A DNA stretch of 34,634 nucleotides from Cyanobacteria bacterium P01_A01_bin.123 (GTDB taxonomy: Bacteria > Cyanobacteriota > Cyanobacteriia > Phormidesmidales > Phormidesmidaceae): positions 1-34,634 of the forward strand of contig JBCBZT010000065.1 of NCBI GenBank assembly GCA_039815185.1, given 5' to 3'. Each line of letters starts with the position of its first letter. Position 1 is the stretch's first letter. Positions 28,201 through 34,634 of the stretch are shown here, in pieces. The notes under the pieces are model-generated. The model was given only the letters and a program-made list of their open reading frames with translations, searched no databases and had not been told where the DNA came from. Position numbers and translations under genes: made by a program.

Positions 28201-28512
28201 ATGGCAGCAGTTTCTTTGAGTGTGTCTAGCGTTAAGCCCTTGGGCGATCGCGTATTTGTTAAAGTCAGTGCGTCTGAAGAGAAGACCGCTGGCGGCATCT
28301 TGTTGCCAGATACGGCCAAGGAAAAGCCCCAAATTGGTGAAATCACTGCGATTGGTCCCGGTAAGCACAGCGACGATGGTACTCGCCAAGCAATGGAAGT
28401 TAAGGTAGGCGACCAGGTGTTGTATTCCAAGTATGCTGGCACCGAGATTAAGCTGGGTGGAGATGAGTACGTTCTGTTGTCTGAGAAAGACATTTTGGCT
28501 ATCGTTTCGTAG
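28201..28512 (+). CDS. groES: Co-chaperonin GroES (103 aa)
   Basis: [42 protein letters not shown]. Start set at ATG 28201 after GGAG. Confidence 0.98.
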   Translation: MAAVSLSVSSVKPLGDRVFVKVSASEEKTAGGILLPDTAKEKPQIGEITAIGPGKHSDDGTRQAMEVKVGDQVLYSKYAGTEIKLGGDEYVLLSEKDILAIVS

Positions 28513-28680
28513 GCCAAGTCGGATATTGAGTCCCAGGTGTTGCCAGGGTTAAACCTTGGAAAAACTGGTGGGGAGGGATTTAGCTGATTCAGCTCAGCCA
28601 AGATTGGTCTTGAGCGGATCGATAAGTCTGTTGAAGTTTGCAAGTTAAGCGTTCTAACTTTCACGCCGAGGAAATTTTGA

Positions 28681-30318
<1,638 letters not shown>

Positions 30319-30384
30319 GGTTGCGTAACCGTTTGGGCAAGGGGCTCAAGCCCTTTGGTAATAAGAGATCGAAATAAAGGAACT

Positions 30385-30427
30385 CCGCGATCGCGCTTCA
30401 AAATGCGATCGCGGTTTTCTTTTTATT
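30385..30427 (+). terminator. Intrinsic terminator of groESL with HIP1-built stem
   Basis: CCGCGATCGCG-CTTCAAAA-TGCGATCGCGG followed by TTTTCTTTTTATT. Confidence 0.8.
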
Positions 30428-33400
30428 CGGCTGCTCCGGTCAATGTAAATGCGGCCCAGTTAACGGGGTCAGGGTATTGCTGCATTGTGCTCAACATGGC
30501 TTGTCGCAACGCCTGCACCTTGGTTTGCCCCTGTTGAAGCTGGCGGTAAAATTCCGTCATGAGCTCTGCTGTTGGGGCATCGGGGACAGCCCACAACGAC
30601 ACAATCACGCTGGGAACGCCCGCAGCCATCAGCGATCGCGATAGGCCCACCACGCCATCTCCAGTGATCCGGCCGAGACCCGTGTCGCAGGCGCTAAGAA
30701 TCGCCAACTCCGCCTGTAAGTCCATGTCTAAAATTTCAGCCGCCGTGAGCAGACCGTCTTCACCACTGCCCGGCGTCAGGGCCACCGCCCCCGGTAAGTC
30801 CAGTACACCAGAAGATTGGGGATCTCCATATTCCAGCAGCCCGTGGGTCGCTAAGTGAATCAGTGGGGCTGTGGGCAATTGCTGCTTGACCGTTGCCTCA
30901 GTCGCTTGATTGCCAATCAACGGTGACACATTCAGAAAATCGCCGATAGCCAAGGCTTCAGCCTCAGTCCCCGGGAGCGGTGATAGCTGTACTTTTTCCA
31001 ATCCACTGCTACTCGGCAACCATACCTCCGGCATCTCTGGATTCCCCACCACCAAGGCGTTACTGGCCTGCAAAAACTCACTGCTCCCCCCGGCTCCCAA
31101 AGCAAGCCTCTCGCCTCTTGCCTCTCGGACTGCCAAACCCAAAACCTGAATTGACGGCGCAGTCAAAACCGTATGCTTTTCCAGCAGATAGGTGCCATCT
31201 GCGCTCTGCAACGCCGCAAAGGGCACCAGGAATAGCGTGTCTTGGGGGATAAAGGCAACCTTGGCTTCCGGGTCAGTGGGGAGCAGATCTGCAATCGGGT
31301 CGATGAGCACGGTGTAGAGTGCTTCAAACAGCTGATCTGCATCAGAATCAGCACTGGCGACAACCCCAAGGCCTCGCGATCGCGCATCCACCACCAAACT
31401 GTCAAGGGCTGAAGCAGACGTCTCACCTTGATAAACTGGGGCATCTAGGGTCGCAATTGGATTGGTGCGAATGTCCGCTAGGGCATCCTCCTCCTCCTCA
31501 AATTCCACGGCGCGAAACTGGATATCCCCCGTCGGTTGCACCACCCAAATGTAGAGGGCGCGGCGACCAATGAGCGAATATTCCACCAAGGTCGTGTTTT
31601 GATCGCGGGCAACCTGCTGAATTTTGGCTAAATCAGGGGCTTGGGTTGCCTCAAACAAGGTACTCTCTTGGGCAGCAAACCGCTGTGAAAGTTGCAGGGC
31701 AAACGCTTGAGCCCGCCCTTGTTCGGAAATGATCAAGGCTTCAACGGATTTAGACTGGGCATCAAGGACTTCTTGCAGCAGTTGATAGGTCGTGGCCTGG
31801 GTCTCCAGAATCGAAATCCGTTGGGCATCAGAGAGCCCTTCGCGCATGGTTTCATAAATGTCGATGGCGGCCCTCAAGGTTGCCTCGGCTTCAGCCAGTT
31901 GATCAACCGTAAATAAGGTCAGCCCCAAGTTGTTCAAGACATTGGCTTCCACCCGGCGATCGCCAATGCCACGGGTAATCGCCAAAGCCTGCTTATAGGA
32001 CTCGATCGCCCGGTCATACTCTTCCAATGAATCGTAAACATTGCCCAGAGTATCCAGGGCGGCAGCTTCGTGCTGGCGATCGCCAATGTCACGGGCGATC
32101 GCCAACCCCTGCTGATAAAACTCGATCGCTTGGGGATAGTCGTCTAGCAAGGCATACACCGTACCTAAATTGGCTAGGGAATCTGCTTCTCCGGCACGAT
32201 CGCCAATCTCACGGGCAATCGTTATGGACCGCTGATACCCCTCAAGGGCTTGCTGGGGTTTATTTTGACTGAGGTAGACATTGCTTAAATTGCCTAGGGC
32301 ATTGCTTTCACCCAGACGGTCACCAATGGCTTGGGAAATCTCAAGATACTGTTGCAAAAACTTAATGGCTTGGGGATAGTCGCCCAAAACATAGTGGAGG
32401 CTCCCCAAGTTGCCCAGGGCACTGGCCTCCCCCTGGCGGAAACCAATGTCGCGGGAGATAGCTAGCTGTTGTTGGATATGATCCATTGCCTTGGCATAGT
32501 TGCCCAGGGAGAAATAGCTCAAGCCCAGGTGCCCTAGGGCGTTGGCTTCCCCCCGGCGATCGCTGATTTCACGGGCGATCGCCAAGTGCTGTTGATGCAT
32601 GTTCAGGGCTTGGCGGTAGTCCCCTTGAGCGATATAAACCAGTCCAATGCTGCCGAGGGCATGACCTTCCCCCCGGCGATCGCCAATCGCCTGATTAATC
32701 GCTAATGCCTGCTGATGCAGGTCAATGGCACGTTCATATTGATCGAGGCGATAGTAAATATTGCCCAAGTTGCTTAGGGAATCCGCCTCCCCTTCGCGAT
32801 CGCCAATTTCACGGTCAATCGCTAACGCCGCTTGGTGAAAGTCAACTGCCTGGGGATAATCGTTTAAAGCCTCGTACACCAAACCCAAACCTGTGAGGGC
32901 AGACGATTCTTCATCGCGATCGCCAATCGAGCGCGCCACAGTCAGGGACTGTTGCTGTAACTCAATAGCACGGGGATAGTCGCCCAAAATCCGATAAACG
33001 CTACCCAGACTCCCCAACGAAACACTCTCACCCTGGCGGAATTGCAGCTCACGGGCAATTTCAAGGGCTTGCTCAAAAAACGGAATCGCCTCTCGATAAT
33101 TGCCCATGTCTCTATGGGCCGCCCCCAGCCGATCAGCAGTGGCCCCCTGCTGATGGGTATTGCCAATCGCTTGGTACAGCGCCAACGCCTCAGCCCAAGT
33201 TTGGAGGGCTTGTGGGTATTGGTTTTGTTCGTAGTAGGCAGTGCCTTGCTGATAAAGCCGATCGGCCTCTGACTGCTGGAGATCTGACTCATTGGCCAGG
33301 GTCACGGTCAATCGGTAAGGGCCTTGACCCGTGCGGTCGTAGGCATTAGCAACCACTTGATAGGTGCCTGTCTCCGGCAGCACCATGGTTAGGGTCGCGT

Positions 33401-33848
33401 TGGTATCGGATCCGCTGGCGTCATCATTTTCGCCAATGATTCGCCCCTCAGCGTCGATCAGCATTAGATAGGTATCAAATGCCTCACTCTCCATGCGAAT
33501 CGTAATCGCCTGTTCCGCAGTTCCCTCAAAGGGATAGAGGTCATATAAGCTGTTGTCCGTTAAAATCGGGTCGCTCGACTCAAGCACCCCGTCAACCGCC
33601 AATAAAGAGCTTTCATCACCGCTCTGCTGCTTGAGTTGGAACCCATCGAGGGACAGCATTGCCCACGCCGACGGCGATCGCTTGGGTAACGCCTGCTTGT
33701 TTAGCCTGTTGGCAGTATGGCCTAAACGAATCTGGGCCATCCCCCCCTCCACAGACGCTGGGGCCGGGCTGATTAAACCGCTCAATAGCACTCCCATCAG
33801 GGCCGCTAAGGCCATTGCCATTCGACGCTGCCAACGATACCGCCGCAT
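30423..33848 (-). CDS. Exported PPC + 12x TPR + CHAT (caspase-HetF-like) protease, 1141 aa
   Basis: ATG 33848 follows SD AGGAG and gives a basic + hydrophobic signal peptide (MRRYRWQRRMAMALAALMGVLL...APA). PPC-like domain (YDLYPFEG...FDTYL.L....ENDD...GTYQV). Twelve 40-aa TPRs. CHAT dyad IHLATHG / LSACDTG, and C-terminal WAAF. Confidence 0.9.
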   Translation of the reverse strand: MRRYRWQRRMAMALAALMGVLLSGLISPAPASVEGGMAQIRLGHTANRLNKQALPKRSPSAWAMLSLDGFQLKQQSGDESSLLAVDGVLESSDPILTDNSLYDLYPFEGTAEQAITIRMESEAFDTYLMLIDAEGRIIGENDDASGSDTNATLTMVLPETGTYQVVANAYDRTGQGPYRLTVTLANESDLQQSEADRLYQQGTAYYEQNQYPQALQTWAEALALYQAIGNTHQQGATADRLGAAHRDMGNYREAIPFFEQALEIARELQFRQGESVSLGSLGSVYRILGDYPRAIELQQQSLTVARSIGDRDEESSALTGLGLVYEALNDYPQAVDFHQAALAIDREIGDREGEADSLSNLGNIYYRLDQYERAIDLHQQALAINQAIGDRRGEGHALGSIGLVYIAQGDYRQALNMHQQHLAIAREISDRRGEANALGHLGLSYFSLGNYAKAMDHIQQQLAISRDIGFRQGEASALGNLGSLHYVLGDYPQAIKFLQQYLEISQAIGDRLGESNALGNLSNVYLSQNKPQQALEGYQRSITIAREIGDRAGEADSLANLGTVYALLDDYPQAIEFYQQGLAIARDIGDRQHEAAALDTLGNVYDSLEEYDRAIESYKQALAITRGIGDRRVEANVLNNLGLTLFTVDQLAEAEATLRAAIDIYETMREGLSDAQRISILETQATTYQLLQEVLDAQSKSVEALIISEQGRAQAFALQLSQRFAAQESTLFEATQAPDLAKIQQVARDQNTTLVEYSLIGRRALYIWVVQPTGDIQFRAVEFEEEEDALADIRTNPIATLDAPVYQGETSASALDSLVVDARSRGLGVVASADSDADQLFEALYTVLIDPIADLLPTDPEAKVAFIPQDTLFLVPFAALQSADGTYLLEKHTVLTAPSIQVLGLAVREARGERLALGAGGSSEFLQASNALVVGNPEMPEVWLPSSSGLEKVQLSPLPGTEAEALAIGDFLNVSPLIGNQATEATVKQQLPTAPLIHLATHGLLEYGDPQSSGVLDLPGAVALTPGSGEDGLLTAAEILDMDLQAELAILSACDTGLGRITGDGVVGLSRSLMAAGVPSVIVSLWAVPDAPTAELMTEFYRQLQQGQTKVQALRQAMLSTMQQYPDPVNWAAFTLTGAAE
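31833..33273 (-). repeat. Twelve 120-bp (40-aa) TPR coding repeats
   Basis: Units like EADSLSNLGNIYYRLDQYERAIDLHQQALAINQAIGDRRG recur with exact 120-nt spacing. Confidence 0.9.
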
Positions 33849-34068
33849 TCCGATTACTCCTAACATTCGCGATCGCCCTGGACTATCATCCCAAACCGCT
33901 TGCTTTTGTTTTCTACAAGCCGACTCGACCTGAACCCAGACACCTAGACATCTTTCGGTTTTGGATTTTGGATTGATTGGTGATGGATGAACGGATGACA
34001 TCCATTTTCTTTTGACTCACCCCCCCCCTCTCCCCACCGCTCCCCCTGCGGAAAAGCCTCAACTCAAG

Positions 34069-34533
34069 TCAGACCACACTAACCCAAATCTGATCAGCCG
34101 GAACCTCCAGTAAAATCGCATCTCCATATCGAATACCCTCAACCTTGGGCATCAAAAGTTCTAACACCGACGCATCTTGGAAATGGGTCTTCTTGGTTTC
34201 TGGGTGGGGGTAGTAGATTAATCCCTGAGTGCGATCGCCCCGAAATTTCAGCCGACAATCGCAAAACGAAAACGTTTCTGGCGGATGGGCAGTGGTCCAG
34301 GCGACCTGGGGGAATGTGTATCGCGGACGCCTTAGTTCAAATTGATGGGGGGTAATGGAAACGTTCAAAGTGCCTGAAAAATAATGACTCAAATCAAGCC
34401 CCTGCGCTTTAAAGAACGGGGTTTGCAATGCGATCGTGCTTTTCGGATAGGGCGAATCAGCTGCTATCCCCGAAGCAACGCCATGCCCTGCAATAATGAC
34501 CCCTGATACAGTCACCCAATCTGCTTGAGCCAT
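34069..34533 (-). CDS. Hypothetical protein resembling the CTP-dependent riboflavin kinase fold
   Basis: Ordered motifs GVIIAGHGVASG, GTLN, GLIYYP, LELLMP and YGDAI mirror archaeal RibK. Alternative GTG start at 34542. The CDS is likely real, but the function is inferred. Confidence 0.7.
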   Translation of the reverse strand: MAQADWVTVSGVIIAGHGVASGIAADSPYPKSTIALQTPFFKAQGLDLSHYFSGTLNVSITPHQFELRRPRYTFPQVAWTTAHPPETFSFCDCRLKFRGDRTQGLIYYPHPETKKTHFQDASVLELLMPKVEGIRYGDAILLEVPADQIWVSVV

Positions 34534-34634
34534 AACATTCACGAGTACATCCTGCGGAATCTGAATATTCCTACTGTATGAAGGTTTATGCCGACTATTG
34601 GCAATCTACAAAACTGATTTCTTTAGGACAGGAG

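Noticed and set aside
31833..33273. Regularly spaced repeats as a CRISPR-like array or Craspase (type III-E) locus
   Set aside because: The 120-bp periodicity is in-frame TPR coding sequence without unique spacers. No cas, csx30 or csx31 genes are in the window.
33955..34048. TTTTGGA x2 and C-rich tract upstream of the CHAT gene
   Set aside because: STRR-like, but only two units. It mainly supports that 33849-34001 is non-coding.

Overview
A cyanobacterial chromosome segment: about 50 HIP1 GCGATCGC sites counted by eye, plus photosystem genes. The acidic proteins and gene style suggest a Leptolyngbyaceae/Nodosilinea-like filamentous strain (inference). It is mostly conserved core genome: mrp-rodA, ycf66, psbX (39 aa, below the ORF-track cut-off), yggT, accC, cpcT, psaAB, glgB, glpK, nblB, prmC, ycf65/PSRP-3, atpD-atpC and groES-groEL with K-box and CIRCE. 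Accessory content is limited to a PEP-CTERM gene between atpD and groES, a signal-peptide/PPC/12xTPR/CHAT caspase-like protease, a small protein with the motif pattern of archaeal CTP-dependent riboflavin kinases, a TPMT/halide-type methyltransferase, and several small palindromic or MITE-like elements. I found no CRISPR array, tRNA/rRNA, transposase, prophage or multi-gene novel system. The best leads are single genes and non-coding structures, scored modestly.
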